Source: Cyanophora paradoxa CCMP329 (Eukaryota; Plantae; Glaucophyta). Taken from it: a stretch of 64,000 nucleotides of DNA. The position numbers were made by a program, and so were the translations under genes. The stretch spans positions 1-64,000 of the forward strand of contig QPMI01000601.1 of the NCBI GenBank assembly GCA_004431415.1, in the 5' to 3' direction. Under the pieces are notes generated by a model, which saw only the letters and a program-made list of their open reading frames with translations, ran no database searches and was not told where the DNA came from. Shown here piece by piece: positions 52,657 to 63,830 of this stretch (position 1 is its first letter; each line of letters opens with the position of its first letter).

Positions 52657-54036
52657 TTATGAACGAGAAGACCGAAGAATGCGCGTAGTAGGGGCTGTGT
52701 AGCTTGCGCTCTGATTCTTGAATGATTTATACCACCTCTGACTGTTTACCTCAGAGAGCTTCTCAGTTCCCGCGATCGTTAATTTGGCGAGCTCTCTAAG
52801 CGCCCTCTTTGTCTTTTCTGCGCGATCTTCCAATAGAGCGCCTTTTGGAACACTTGCGGCGACATCTATGCCTTCTTTTTGAACCTGCCGGATCGAAGCG
52901 GCTTCTATTTCGGCTGATTTAATTGCGTTGCCTGATGGTTCCACCACAGCCTCGACCTCTGTAATGATTTGCAATTCGTGCGGCTTAAAAAGCTTCGGCA
53001 TTACGTTCCCGGCTGCATCTTGCACCTCTATCGCGTTTCCTCTCCTTCCCGCAATTTTGTAGACCTCTCGGCTATACCTTTGTGTTGCTCCTTTATCAAA
53101 CTTTGATCTCGGCAATAATACACGGACGTGGAGACCCGGCTTAAAGTCGCTGAATATATCCTTTACGATTGTGTTCTTCCTTGAAATAATAGCCGCTCGG
53201 ATCCGCTCCATATCAGAAAGCTTAACATCCCGGGTTTCATTCCTATGGTTCTGTGAATGGTGTTATTATAATTGAAAACGAAGTCGTCCAATTTGTCCAT
53301 GAATCGAACTGTATTATAAGCGACACAGTAATTGTTTATCATCGTTTTTAAGGTCAAATGAAAGCGATTCATTATTCCCAGAGAAGTGTGATCTCCGACC
53401 TGTTTAAAGCGGTGCTCTATTCCATTATTTTTTACGACCTCCTGAAACTCCTTCGCGATGAATTCCGAGCCGTTATCTGTCTCTAATCGAATCATCGGAG
53501 CCGGGAGCTCTGTGAGCATCTCCGCAAAAGCGGCGGCAACACTTGCGCCCTCCTTATTCTTTAACTTCTTGGCATATGCTTTTCGGCTCGTCATCTCGAT
53601 GAGAGTAAGGACTGCAATGTAGCCGGAATTATAATTGCCATATGAGAGATAAAAGATGAGATCCGCTTGATAGCACCACGGCGGGGCTGTGATGGGAATA
53701 AAAGCTGTTTGGGTTGGTGCGGGGGCTTCTTGTTGATCTGCATAAATTCTTGTTTCGCTGCGACATCTTGCACTTCTTTCAGTGTGAGGGTCTTGTCCTC
53801 TTTTCTCAGTTCTTCGTACAATGCCGATGGGTTCTTAAAACCTGTCTTTGGGTCATACATGCGGCGCACGATCTTAGAGGACGGGTTAGCAATGCTAAAA
53901 GGAACATCTCCTAATAAATTTGATTTTGCTTGGCGTTTTGTGATTTTTTGGGGACTTGCTCAGTTTCAGGAACCGCGATAGGTAGTATGGTGGTCTCTGT
54001 CTCCTCTCCCGCTACCCTTCTGACGATCCGTGACAT
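52657..54036 (-). CDS. rve integrase of element C copy 2 (three 1-bp homopolymer deletions)
   Basis: Otherwise matches 40684-42066. Confidence 0.82.
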
Positions 54037-54055
54037 TTCTTCTAATTAAACCTGT

Positions 54056-56316
54056 TTATTTTTTGCTGCAATTGCACCCGTGATGCGCGAGTTGACAATT
54101 GTCTTTAAGATGTGGGCGCCTGTTGTTTATGCGATCCACGACGAGCTTGTAATTCGGATCTTGCGGCTCAATCGGAATCGGAAGGGAACAGAGCGCACAG
54201 GCGCCCTTCTGTTGCTTCTTGCGCTCTAATATCCACTCCGGCGTAATATAATCCGCCTCGTCGAAATCGCGCCCGGCACGCTGATCCTGGCATTTATAAC
54301 CGCGGATCTTCGTTTTCAGATATTCGATGTAGTCATGCTTTCCTTGGAACTTGTGAATCGGTGTATAAATCAGCACAGTAGACAGATCGCGGTTACGAGT
54401 GAGCGCGGTATAGAACCATTCGCGAGTGGTATAGCGGAACGTAGCCTCACAAATGACAATGCCCGAATCAAGTGTGAGACCTTGCGTTGAATGACCTGTT
54501 CCTGCATAAGGAGAGAAAAATGTTCTAACATCGCGCACGGAACCTCGAACGTGACGCCATCGAAAACGTCAGTTAATGTGACCATTTGCTTTGTGATTTT
54601 GGTGATTCGATAGGTGTAATTCGTGTATGCGTTAACAGACTCGCCCTCAGACCGCGAAATGCGTAGATACCTGCGACAAACGACTTCCAGACCTTTGTAG
54701 AATTTGATGCCGTTGACCTCTACGGTTGCAATATTTACTTTTCGTCTATCGTGCATCAGTTTGTTGTAGGCTAAGGTCATTTCGTTTCTGTAAGCGATGC
54801 CAAAGTAGCCGTCGGGAATAGCGTTTAGATCATTAATTGTCGGCAACCCGTATTTCGAGATAATCTGTGCGGCTTCCAGTCCGTTTTCGAAGAGATCCTC
54901 TTTAATCGCCCGAATTAATTCACGGTCTGTCTCCTTCTTGTGCCGCTTGTTAATGCGTAGACTCAGAACGTTCGGGAACATGCTTTGCACCGCACGCTTA
55001 TAGTAGCCCTTGCGATCAGAAACCGATAGCTCATCATTAATCGGTTCATTTTGATAGGTGTCGCCATTAGCTAAATATTTGATATCCGGATAGCGATCGA
55101 TAAACGACTTGATCTTAGCGAGATCTTTTACAGAATACGCGAATATCTCGTCGAACATAATGTGGCTGAACTCGGAGACGAACGCCCTCTGGTCTTTTTC
55201 GCTCATAGCCTCTTCGTAGGTCTGATCATTGGAGACACGGATCCCGAGAACATTATACAAAGTACGAACGGTAATATTCTCGATTCCGCGGACTTTGAGA
55301 GAGTCCCTTAGCTCTGCGCACTGTTTGTTATAGGGGCAAATAACTAAGCAATTCGACTTTTGAGATGCGAAACAGTTAACTCCGAGGGTCGATTTTCCAC
55401 TACCGGGCATGTCAGCAAGGACAAGCATACGATTATGGAGCTCCGCGACCCGATTAAAGCACTCCGGATTAAATTCGTCCCTCAGCGAGAACCGGTTAAT
55501 GAGTGTGTCGGGATCCTGAATTTCGAGAGTTACACCCCGTGGTGGGCGGAGTGCATTCTCAGGGCATCTTTTCCCGGGAATATAGCTGAATTTGCCCATG
55601 TTCTCAAACGCATTTCGGTCGAACTCTTTCTTACTTGTCCATGAACCTTCGATATATAGGCAATCCGTTCTGATCCCGGCAACCTTGTGCCCGCGCGCTG
55701 TCAGGCGCTTGTATTGCGCGAACATATTAGCGCGGTTACGATCGTAAATATGAAAGTGGATAGGAAGGAATCCGTTAACGAGCTCGCGGTGGGAGCTGAT
55801 CTTAACGAAATAGATGTGACCTTCGAATTCGCTAAGAGCTTTGACACGTTTCGAATTCTTAGGATTGAAAGTAAACACCTCTACTGTTCCTCCGCATTCT
55901 TGGGCGAACCTTTCAGCCTCGGCACGGTTGTAGAACATTTTCGTGGATGTTTGCGAGTCTTGGAATTTGCCGAGCATTCCGATCTCTTTCACTAAAATGT
56001 GCTTCTTGTCCGTGTTTTGAATGTCGCTTGACAGCACTTTCTTCATCTCAGCGATCGACGTATTGGGCACCAAATGCGAAGGCTCCGCGACCGCGATAAT
56101 CTCTATCTTGTCCTTTACGTCCGCCCAGTGCATGGCGAGAGTGTAGCCTGTCATGAAATTATAACAGCGACCACTCACTGAAAATGCGCGATCCAGAATA
56201 ATTTCGACTCCATCAATCTTGCGAGACATGGCGGCATCATAATCTACATCCTCATCGTCGGCGAAAGTCGCTTGCTCTCTCTCAAACGCGACCACACGCA
56301 CGTAGTAGATCGCGTA
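54056..56316 (-). pseudogene. 3' half of the PolB-SF1-HNH fusion gene of copy 2, interrupted by element D
   Basis: Matches 42086-44347; identity stops at GATCGCGTA|ACACATA. Confidence 0.88.
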
Positions 56317-56423
56317 ACACATAAATAAAAACAAATTTTAATCCCTCGCTCTATCGCTCAATTCGCGCTTCGCGCTCATTTCGCTCTGTCGCTCAGGATT
56401 AAAATTTGTTTTTATTTATGTGT
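56317..56423. other. Terminal palindrome/hairpin of element D
   Basis: 28-bp arm ACACATAAATAAAAACAAATTTTAATCC, 51-nt centre, perfect return arm at 56396-56423. Confidence 0.92.
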
Positions 56424-56788
56424 AAATTAATCGAAAATATTTAAAAAATAAATCAAAATTTTTAATAAAATCAATTAAATTTAAATAAATTCGATTAAAT
56501 TAATTGGTATAATATCAATTAAATTATGATTTTATAAAAATTATATAAATTTTTGATAAATTACATATTTCTCGATTGATTTATTGATATAAACGCGATT
56601 AATTTGTATTGAAATGAAAAATACGTATTTTTCGATTGATATAAACGCGATTAATATGTATTTTATGCAAATTCGATATAATCTCGATTGAAGGAACATA
56701 AATTTATGATATAATCACGATTGATATAATCACGATTGAAGTAGTCCACCGCCCATTCTATCGGAAAACGCAAAAATTCACACAGAGT

Positions 56789-57498
56789 TGCATTATGTCC
56801 AATTAAACAATCGATGAGATTGCGGCGTATTTTGTTGGATTAGATGGCTACTGCATTATGTCCAATTAAACAATCGATGAGATATCGGTTGAAAATAATT
56901 CACTCGTTACTGCATTATGTCCAATTAAACAATCGATGAGATATCGGTTGAAAATAATTCACTCGTTACTGCATTATGTCCAATTAAACAATCGATGAGA
57001 TATCGGTTGAAAATAATTCACTTGTTACTGCATTATGTCCAATTAAACAATCGTTGAGATTGCGGCGTATTTTGTTGGAAGGGATGGTTACTGCATTATG
57101 TCCAATTAAACAATCGATGAAATATCGGATGAAAATAATTCACTCGTTACTGCATTATGTCCAATTAAACAATCGATGAGATATCGGTTGAAAATAATTC
57201 ACTTGTTACTGCATTATGTCCAATTAAACAATCGTTGAGATTGCGGCGTATTTTGTTGGAAGGGATGGTTACTGCATTATGTCCAATTAAACAATCGATG
57301 AAATATCGGATGAAAATAATTCACTCGTTACTGCATTATGTCCAATTAAACAATTGATGAGATTGCGGTGTATTTTGTTGGATTAGATGGTTACTGCATT
57401 ATGTCCAATTAAACAATCGATGAGATTCGGGTAAGATTTTTACTGTATCAAAATTGACCCCAGAGTTGCATTATGTCCAATTAAACAATTGATAAGAT
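56789..57498. repeat. Array of 12 x 32-bp direct repeats with 27-31-bp (last ~40-bp) intervening segments
   Basis: Repeat TGCATTATGTCCAATTAAACAATCGATGAGAT; the intervening segments fall into two recurring classes. Confidence 0.92.
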
Positions 57499-57551
57499 TG
57501 GATTCTGTTTTTTACTGTAAAAACATTGTATCTTAGGTGTATCAATCTCAA

Positions 57552-57910
57552 TTAATCGAGGGTAACAGAGGTAACGGATTTTTCCCAACCTCTCCCCTAA
57601 GATCGAGATTTTCAAAAAGTTGCGCAAAATCCGTTACCTCTGTTACCCTCGATTAAATCCGTTACCTCAATTAAAATCTGTTACCCTTACTGAAAATAAG
57701 AATGAATCTGTTACCCTTACCATAATAAGTAATGAGTTCTTGAATAATTAATCTTTGTTTAATGATAAACAATTGAGGGTAACAGAGGTAACGGATTTTT
57801 CCCAACCTTTCCCCTAAGATCGAGATTTTCAAAAAGTTGCGCAAAATCCGTTACCTCTGTTACCCTTACTGAAAATAAGAATAAATCTGTTACCTTTGTT
57901 ATCTGTTACC
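57552..57910. repeat. Two copies of a stem-loop with GAGG(G)TAAC iteron-like arms
   Basis: GAGGGTAACAGAGGTAACGGATTTT ... AAAATCCGTTACCTCTGTTACCCT at ~57557-57650 and ~57775-57866, plus extra TGTTACC copies. Confidence 0.85.
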
Positions 57911-58161
57911 ATTTATAGTAAGAAAACAATAAATTCTTTGTTTTATAAGTAAGATTAACTCGGAAATCGCGCTGCTATCTGCTTCTCCGCTTTCTCCAAC
58001 CCTGAAAAGATCTCTGTTATTCTCTCATCTATCAATTTAGATATTACGGAGGTCTTACTTTCAAAAAAATGATGCTCGTGGGCAACCCAAAATGATTTAA
58101 GGAAGAAGCGACAGTATAGAGTAAACCGGGTAAAAGATTTTCTCAGACGTAATTCAGTGTC

Positions 58162-58779
58162 ATGGCGTATCTCTTCGAAGGTGAGCCGATCTTCTCGGTT
58201 CCGATTGCTGAAATGCGATTTGGTGTGAAGGATATTCTTGATCTTGCTGAAACTATTGAGGTTTTGCATCGAAAGATTGGAACATACTCTTATCCTGGAA
58301 TGGATCAAATGGTTTGTTTTGGTTATTTTCGGAGAAATTCGGATCGGATTTGTGCGAGAACTCGCGATGATCGGTTCTTCTTTAATCATGTGAATTATAA
58401 TGATCATGGTAAGTTTAGCCATCTTAATGAAGTGCGTAATGCTGAACTTGATTTCATCGTTGTTGTTAATTTTCATGATCTTCTTTTCAACACTACAAAG
58501 ACTCACGATGACGTAATTAATGCAATTGGGATATGCTATGGACAAGAAGAACATCGTGAACGTTACTATTTCCACATTCCAAGAGATCTTCGTGCTTATC
58601 ATGCTAAGTTTGAAGAGCATGGATGGAAGATTGTGAACCGAGCGACTCTACGTAAATACCTTAAACAAAATGGCGCTCGTTGGGTTCGCGAAAACAACAG
58701 ATGGTATACAGAGGATCAGAATGGTGTTGTCGCTGATATCTTCAAACCATATATCCCAATAGTTAATCGTATCCAATAG
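58162..58779 (+). CDS. Hypothetical protein (205 aa)
   Basis: ATG-initiated globular-looking ORF converging on mCP2; no recognised motif. Confidence 0.65.
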   Translation: MAYLFEGEPIFSVPIAEMRFGVKDILDLAETIEVLHRKIGTYSYPGMDQMVCFGYFRRNSDRICARTRDDRFFFNHVNYNDHGKFSHLNEVRNAELDFIVVVNFHDLLFNTTKTHDDVINAIGICYGQEEHRERYYFHIPRDLRAYHAKFEEHGWKIVNRATLRKYLKQNGARWVRENNRWYTEDQNGVVADIFKPYIPIVNRIQ

Positions 58780-59665
58780 CTACAAACTCCAACTGAAACG
58801 AATTATCGATACCATTCATATCTACAAGATCACCAAAATAATCACGAAATTCAACTGTTAATTCACGAATAACAAGGTTTTTGTCTGTTATTTTTATGTA
58901 TTCACCATGCTCTCCGCTATGGTAAACATACTTCCCGATGTCCTGACTCAATTGTAATCGCAAGATCGCGCCTTGATTCTGCGGTTGCGATTTCGGGACT
59001 ATATTGTGGTTCGATGCAAAAGAAGAGAGTTCCTTGATATGCATATACAAGTATTGCTCAGCGTTCATATCCGCCATCTTTGGACTTGTTGCTTTATGTT
59101 GCAACGGCACCGGATCTGCACCATCAAACGTTATTCCCCATTGTGGGTGATTAGGTGTTATTGGTCTTCCTGCATAGGATAAGTAATTCTCAGGAGCAAA
59201 TACAGACCTGTTATCTTCTAAATTATGTTGCTGGCTTACCAATAATGTAGAACTCAGACCAAGTAGTTTGGCGATTCTATTGTTTGACGCTGCTATTTCA
59301 AATGGAACGCTGCTATAAAATTCTAACTTGTATGTTGTCGGGTTGTAGTATATCTTAAAGAATGTATTTTCAAGAACTTCGTAGTTTAAACCGTAATTAT
59401 ATGGTTGAGTAACTCCAAAGTGTCCTTGGTTGATATAACCACTCGGTAACGGAAATACTTGCTGGTTAAGGATGAAACCACCAATGTTATAACGAATCAT
59501 AATATAATCGGTTCGAATCGAATTATAAATGCTGTTGGGAATCTCAGCATACAAGATACGACACTGTCGCGGTCTGGTTATTGGTGTGGTTAGTGAAACC
59601 TTGTAAGCGTTTTCTTTCTGTCCATCTAATCGATCTCTACTATCGACATTGACAAGCCGAATCAT
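58763..59665 (-). CDS. Minor capsid (penton-like) protein 2 of element D
   Basis: VNVDSRDR...EIPNSIYN...DMNGIDNSFQLEF. Confidence 0.82.
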   Translation of the reverse strand: MIRLVNVDSRDRLDGQKENAYKVSLTTPITRPRQCRILYAEIPNSIYNSIRTDYIMIRYNIGGFILNQQVFPLPSGYINQGHFGVTQPYNYGLNYEVLENTFFKIYYNPTTYKLEFYSSVPFEIAASNNRIAKLLGLSSTLLVSQQHNLEDNRSVFAPENYLSYAGRPITPNHPQWGITFDGADPVPLQHKATSPKMADMNAEQYLYMHIKELSSFASNHNIVPKSQPQNQGAILRLQLSQDIGKYVYHSGEHGEYIKITDKNLVIRELTVEFRDYFGDLVDMNGIDNSFQLEFVAIGYD

Positions 59666-59693
59666 TTTATTATATGGTTATAGATAAAAGAAG

Positions 59694-60698
59694 ATGCCTG
59701 TGGAATACGTTGAAGTGTCTTCCTTCAAAACGCTACCTAATCTGGATGCTCCAACATCTCGGTTTGTTGCGGATCTTCCAAAGACGTATGAGAATGTAAG
59801 AGCGGTTCGCCTTGTCTCCGCTGAATTCTATAACTCCATCCCGCTCATTAGCGGTGAGACAGAACCTGGGGATGCAACAGTAGAGGATGCCTTTATTATC
59901 AATTTCAGCCAAAAGTCCACATCCACCGGTGCAAATGCTCCTGAGATTCTATATGATAGTTGGCGTTCTATTAGACCTGGTGCAGGTCTAAAAACCCCAA
60001 TCAATACTCATCAGCAACTCGTTGCCCGAATCAATAACCGTTTTGAGAATCTCTCGCCTCCTTCTGCAATTCGCTGTGGTTGGGATGTAACCCAAAAAAA
60101 AGTAATCTTTTATGCTCCTATGGAGTTCTATATTTGCTTCTCATATGCAAAAGATCCTTCTGTTTCCGCAATCGAAAAAGCGCTACGACATGCTCGAATC
60201 TTGGGTTTGGATGCTGGACGCTGGGGAAACAAGTTTATTAAATCACAGACCTATGGAACAGATACAAGCTCCGTTTTTACAGGTGCAAATGTAAACGGTA
60301 TTATCTCAACATTCCCCACTGAAACCTGCAAAGATAACGTCTTTTTTGTGAGAGTAAAAGAACTGGGTGACCTCGTCCAATGTGCCGATGGTCTCCTTAC
60401 TGGATACTTCCATAAACTCACGGTTCAAGATAAAGACTTTGCGGAACACGTTGTTTACAATTCGACGGAAGCAAATCCGCTGTATAAATATTATAATAAG
60501 AAACTATCACTATCGCAATTATCGGTAGATGTTGTGAATGCTCAAAATGAATTAATTGATTTCGAGGGGCAACCTGTGCATCTGACATTCGAGATCCGCT
60601 ATGGTGATGAACCTGCCGGCGATCCGATTTATGAGTATTTCAAAATGAGAATGAGAGAAACCCACCCCTTCTATCCAAATATTGCCGGATTCGCGTAA
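59694..60698 (+). CDS. Minor capsid (penton-like) protein 1 of element D
   Basis: Homologue of 25511-26521. Confidence 0.78.
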   Translation: MPVEYVEVSSFKTLPNLDAPTSRFVADLPKTYENVRAVRLVSAEFYNSIPLISGETEPGDATVEDAFIINFSQKSTSTGANAPEILYDSWRSIRPGAGLKTPINTHQQLVARINNRFENLSPPSAIRCGWDVTQKKVIFYAPMEFYICFSYAKDPSVSAIEKALRHARILGLDAGRWGNKFIKSQTYGTDTSSVFTGANVNGIISTFPTETCKDNVFFVRVKELGDLVQCADGLLTGYFHKLTVQDKDFAEHVVYNSTEANPLYKYYNKKLSLSQLSVDVVNAQNELIDFEGQPVHLTFEIRYGDEPAGDPIYEYFKMRMRETHPFYPNIAGFA

Positions 60699-60752
60699 AT
60701 TAAGGATCATTCACAGAATTTTTATATTTTTGTATAGTAAAAGCAAAACAGA

Positions 60753-62153
60753 ATGGATGTTACCTCGACCCTTCAACGTCTTTCTCTGAAAGAGGCGCTT
60801 ACAACGCCCGAGGAAGCCAAAGCGTTCTTCCTCGATAACTCGCTTATGCTTGGTCTTGAATCGAAGACGAAACCCGTTCTGGTAACCGTTAGTCCATCGA
60901 CAACCTACGATAACAACGTTGGTCAACGCGTTTCTTTCAAACTTCCCCGCTACAACTTTGTCGGTAAAATCGAACTCGCTTTCGATCTTCCCGAACTAAC
61001 TGCTTTTACTGGTGATGACGACCTGGTGCGAAATGGTTACACTCGTCCCGTCGGTGCGCTTGTAGAGCGTCTTGAATTCTCGTATGGCTCGTATACCTAC
61101 CACGTGCCGTCTGATTTCCTGGCGATTTTCCCACTGGTCTACTATTCTGAGGATCAACTGGCGAAAAAGAAGCGTTCAATGGGAATGCTTCATGGTATCC
61201 CCGCTCACGGAACCAACCGTAAAGGTGGCGCTTTCTTCGTCGAAATTCCGGTGCCGTGGTTGAACCATTATCTACCACTTGGCGCTCTCTCGGGCGAAGC
61301 CGTTATCACTGTGTGGTTTAAGGAAACTAACAAGGGTTACCTTGAAACTTCTTATGGTGGTCGCTCTCTTCCGGTTGTTGGATCCACTGCTGCGGATAAA
61401 TCATCAGATGATGGACTTGGAAATGCTACGAGCGTTACACTTGCTAATGTTGGTCAAAACATCACCACAGGCGGTATTACTGGGTTCGAAGTTGCCGGAA
61501 CTGTTCCACCAATGACCCATTACATCTCCATTAAGTCTCCTCGTCTCTACATGCATGCTATCAACGTTTCTGATGAACTGTTCGCAACTGTTATTGAGAA
61601 GGTTAAGACCACAGGGATGGCTATTCCCGCTCTCGACATCGGTTTCGTCGATTCTATCGCTGTTGCTGCAAAAGGTAACACTCAACCCAACCGAATCAAT
61701 CTTAGCCAAATCTCTGGTCTGGTTTATGCTCTTCTTGTCTCTGTTCGCGATGCCGATGGTGTCGATACTTCCAATGGTTCTCACAGTGTCCTTAAAACGC
61801 TTGCGAATGCGAAGGATATCACGATGACCTGTGAGATTAATGGACAGCGTCTTTATTCGACGGAGCCGATCCCGCTACTCAAAGGTGCGGAACTCATCGC
61901 CGATGCCTTCAAATGCTCGAATATGGACAAGGAAGCAAACCGTTACGTCCTTACTGGATTCCCATTCTGTGTTGATGGTGAGAAGGCGATTCGCAACATT
62001 GCCCAATCTGGATATGTTGACCTTACGAACTCGTCTTCATCATTCCTCACTCTATATCTTCCTGCTGATCGCACAATTACTGTTAACGTTCGCGCTCTCA
62101 TGCATTCGTTCATTATTGTCGATAAGGATGGAATTCGTCGTATAAATTTGTAG
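60753..62153 (+). CDS. Major capsid protein of element D (466 aa, intact)
   Basis: Most conserved gene among B, C and D. VSFKLPR...KIELAFDLP N-terminus, VEIPVPW.NHYLPLGAL..E..ITVWF, and size and context fit a double jelly-roll MCP. Confidence 0.78.
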   Translation: MDVTSTLQRLSLKEALTTPEEAKAFFLDNSLMLGLESKTKPVLVTVSPSTTYDNNVGQRVSFKLPRYNFVGKIELAFDLPELTAFTGDDDLVRNGYTRPVGALVERLEFSYGSYTYHVPSDFLAIFPLVYYSEDQLAKKKRSMGMLHGIPAHGTNRKGGAFFVEIPVPWLNHYLPLGALSGEAVITVWFKETNKGYLETSYGGRSLPVVGSTAADKSSDDGLGNATSVTLANVGQNITTGGITGFEVAGTVPPMTHYISIKSPRLYMHAINVSDELFATVIEKVKTTGMAIPALDIGFVDSIAVAAKGNTQPNRINLSQISGLVYALLVSVRDADGVDTSNGSHSVLKTLANAKDITMTCEINGQRLYSTEPIPLLKGAELIADAFKCSNMDKEANRYVLTGFPFCVDGEKAIRNIAQSGYVDLTNSSSSFLTLYLPADRTITVNVRALMHSFIIVDKDGIRRINL

Positions 62154-62226
62154 TAACCTTACTGTTTATCGTAAGACATTTAAGGAAAAAATGATTAGTT
62201 ATTTTTGGGGTTTCTTATAAAATAAA

Positions 62227-62958
62227 ATGCCTGTCACGATTGAAGAGTTTGTAGCTCGTGCAAATGCCCAGCATAACGGTAAATTTGATTACTCAAAAGT
62301 TCAATTTGAAAAATGCAAGGATAAGGTTCTAATCACTTGTTTGACCTGTAAGGTAACATTTGAACAACGTGTTGACCATCACCTTAGGGGATCAAGTTGT
62401 AAAAAATGTAGCTTTCAGCGTTTAGGAAATGAACGGAGAAAAGAGATGGACACTTTCATAGAGCAAGCAAGAAAAACACACGGTAACAAATATTGCTATG
62501 ATAAAGTGGAATATGTTAAAGCCCAAACACCGGTATGTATTAAATGTAACTCTTGTAACAAAGAGTTCATGCAACCCCCTATAATTCACATTCGGAATAC
62601 CGGTTGCCCCTTTTGTAGAACTTCAAAAGGTGAAGACGAAGTCTGTAAAGTGTTAGATTCTATTGGATTGGACTACAAACAACAACATATATTCAAAGAT
62701 TGCCGAAATAAGTTTCCATTGCGATTTGATTTCTTCATTGAATCTCTAAGGCTTGCAATCGAATATGATGGAATTCAACATTTTGAGCCAAGGAAGTTTT
62801 GGGGCAATGAAGATGCCGAAGAGCGGTTTAAACAAGTTCAAATGTGTGATGGAATAAAGAACCGCTACTGTGAGGCAAACAATATTAAACTTCTAAGAAT
62901 TCCATACACTGAAAAAGATATCAGTGGATGTGTTACACGGTTTCTGTCTTCACTTTAA
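62227..62958 (+). CDS. Putative free-standing endonuclease (two repeats + Vsr/DUF559-like domain)
   Basis: FDFFIES..LAIEYDGIQHF; homologue of 23038-23988. Confidence 0.8.
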   Translation: MPVTIEEFVARANAQHNGKFDYSKVQFEKCKDKVLITCLTCKVTFEQRVDHHLRGSSCKKCSFQRLGNERRKEMDTFIEQARKTHGNKYCYDKVEYVKAQTPVCIKCNSCNKEFMQPPIIHIRNTGCPFCRTSKGEDEVCKVLDSIGLDYKQQHIFKDCRNKFPLRFDFFIESLRLAIEYDGIQHFEPRKFWGNEDAEERFKQVQMCDGIKNRYCEANNIKLLRIPYTEKDISGCVTRFLSSL

Positions 62959-63019
62959 ACCATTATCAGTAAGATTTCGTTATTTTTATCTATCTTTATT
63001 AAGAAGAATCTACTACGCC

Positions 63020-63802
63020 ATGTCTGACGTTCCCGAATTTAATGCTGGTGAGATGATTAAACCCCCTTTTCGCGTATTAGCAATCGGAAAAAGCGCAACG
63101 GGCAAGTCAGAAGCGGTGAAGTATTGGCTAAAACAACTTCACGATGCGAAAAAAATAGATGTGGTTCTCGTTGTAAGTGGGACGAGTTTCAATCATTTCT
63201 GGAATGATGTTGCTACATTACAGCTTGGTAAATGGGATGCGCCTTACATTTCTAAACTTCTCGATGAAAGACAAGAGAAAATAGAGAAAGGAGAACCTGT
63301 AAACCAACTATTAGTTTTGCTCGACGATTTAATAGATAATGAGTTAGTCGACCTCACCCGTGATAAAATCATTGGTTCTTTGTATTCCCGTGGTCGCCAC
63401 TCGAATATATCGATTGTCTGTATCACACAGAAACTGCGTAAGGTTTCTTCAACCATTCGCGTCAATTCAGATTATGCAATGTTCCTAAGTGCCGCCAATC
63501 GCAAAGAACTGGAAGCCATTGAAGAAGAATACAATATCATGCGGGATAAAGACGCTTTCTATAAGATGTTTGAGGAATACGTTCACTCCTATCAGTTTCT
63601 CATTTGGAGTTCTGCGAATTATTCGGTGGAATACTATGTTGATAAAGCGGAACTCGTTAAAGACTTTAAGTTTCCTCGGTTCCATCGCAAACCAAAAAAG
63701 AAAGAAGATGAATTAAAACCGCCTGAGAAGGAGGAAGCGCCGAAAGAGATTAAAAGCGCTGTTCACACGAATAAGTTGATGCGATATAAGAGGGGATTGT
63801 AA
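63020..63802 (+). CDS. A32/FtsK-like packaging ATPase (element D)
   Basis: GKSATGKS, LVLLDD, GRH; nearly identical to the B ATPase. Confidence 0.92.
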   Translation: MSDVPEFNAGEMIKPPFRVLAIGKSATGKSEAVKYWLKQLHDAKKIDVVLVVSGTSFNHFWNDVATLQLGKWDAPYISKLLDERQEKIEKGEPVNQLLVLLDDLIDNELVDLTRDKIIGSLYSRGRHSNISIVCITQKLRKVSSTIRVNSDYAMFLSAANRKELEAIEEEYNIMRDKDAFYKMFEEYVHSYQFLIWSSANYSVEYYVDKAELVKDFKFPRFHRKPKKKEDELKPPEKEEAPKEIKSAVHTNKLMRYKRGL

Positions 63803-63830
63803 AATTATCTCTGTATGTTATAAATATACA

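Larger units (their letters stand above)
50357..56316 (-). mobile_element. Element C copy 2 (near-identical to copy 1, lacks element B, interrupted by element D)
   Basis: Matches 10957-11197 and 38977-44347 apart from 1-bp homopolymer indels. Confidence 0.9.

Noticed and set aside
56789-57498. Bona fide CRISPR array
   Set aside because: Spacers recur in two classes with a higher-order duplication, no cas genes are visible and the context is eukaryotic-viral. Kept only as a repeat.
57955-58620. 221-aa minus-strand ORF and other antisense ORFs (e.g. 49381-50031, 45849-46322, 24532-24945)
   Set aside because: Shadow frames of better-supported genes on the opposite strand.
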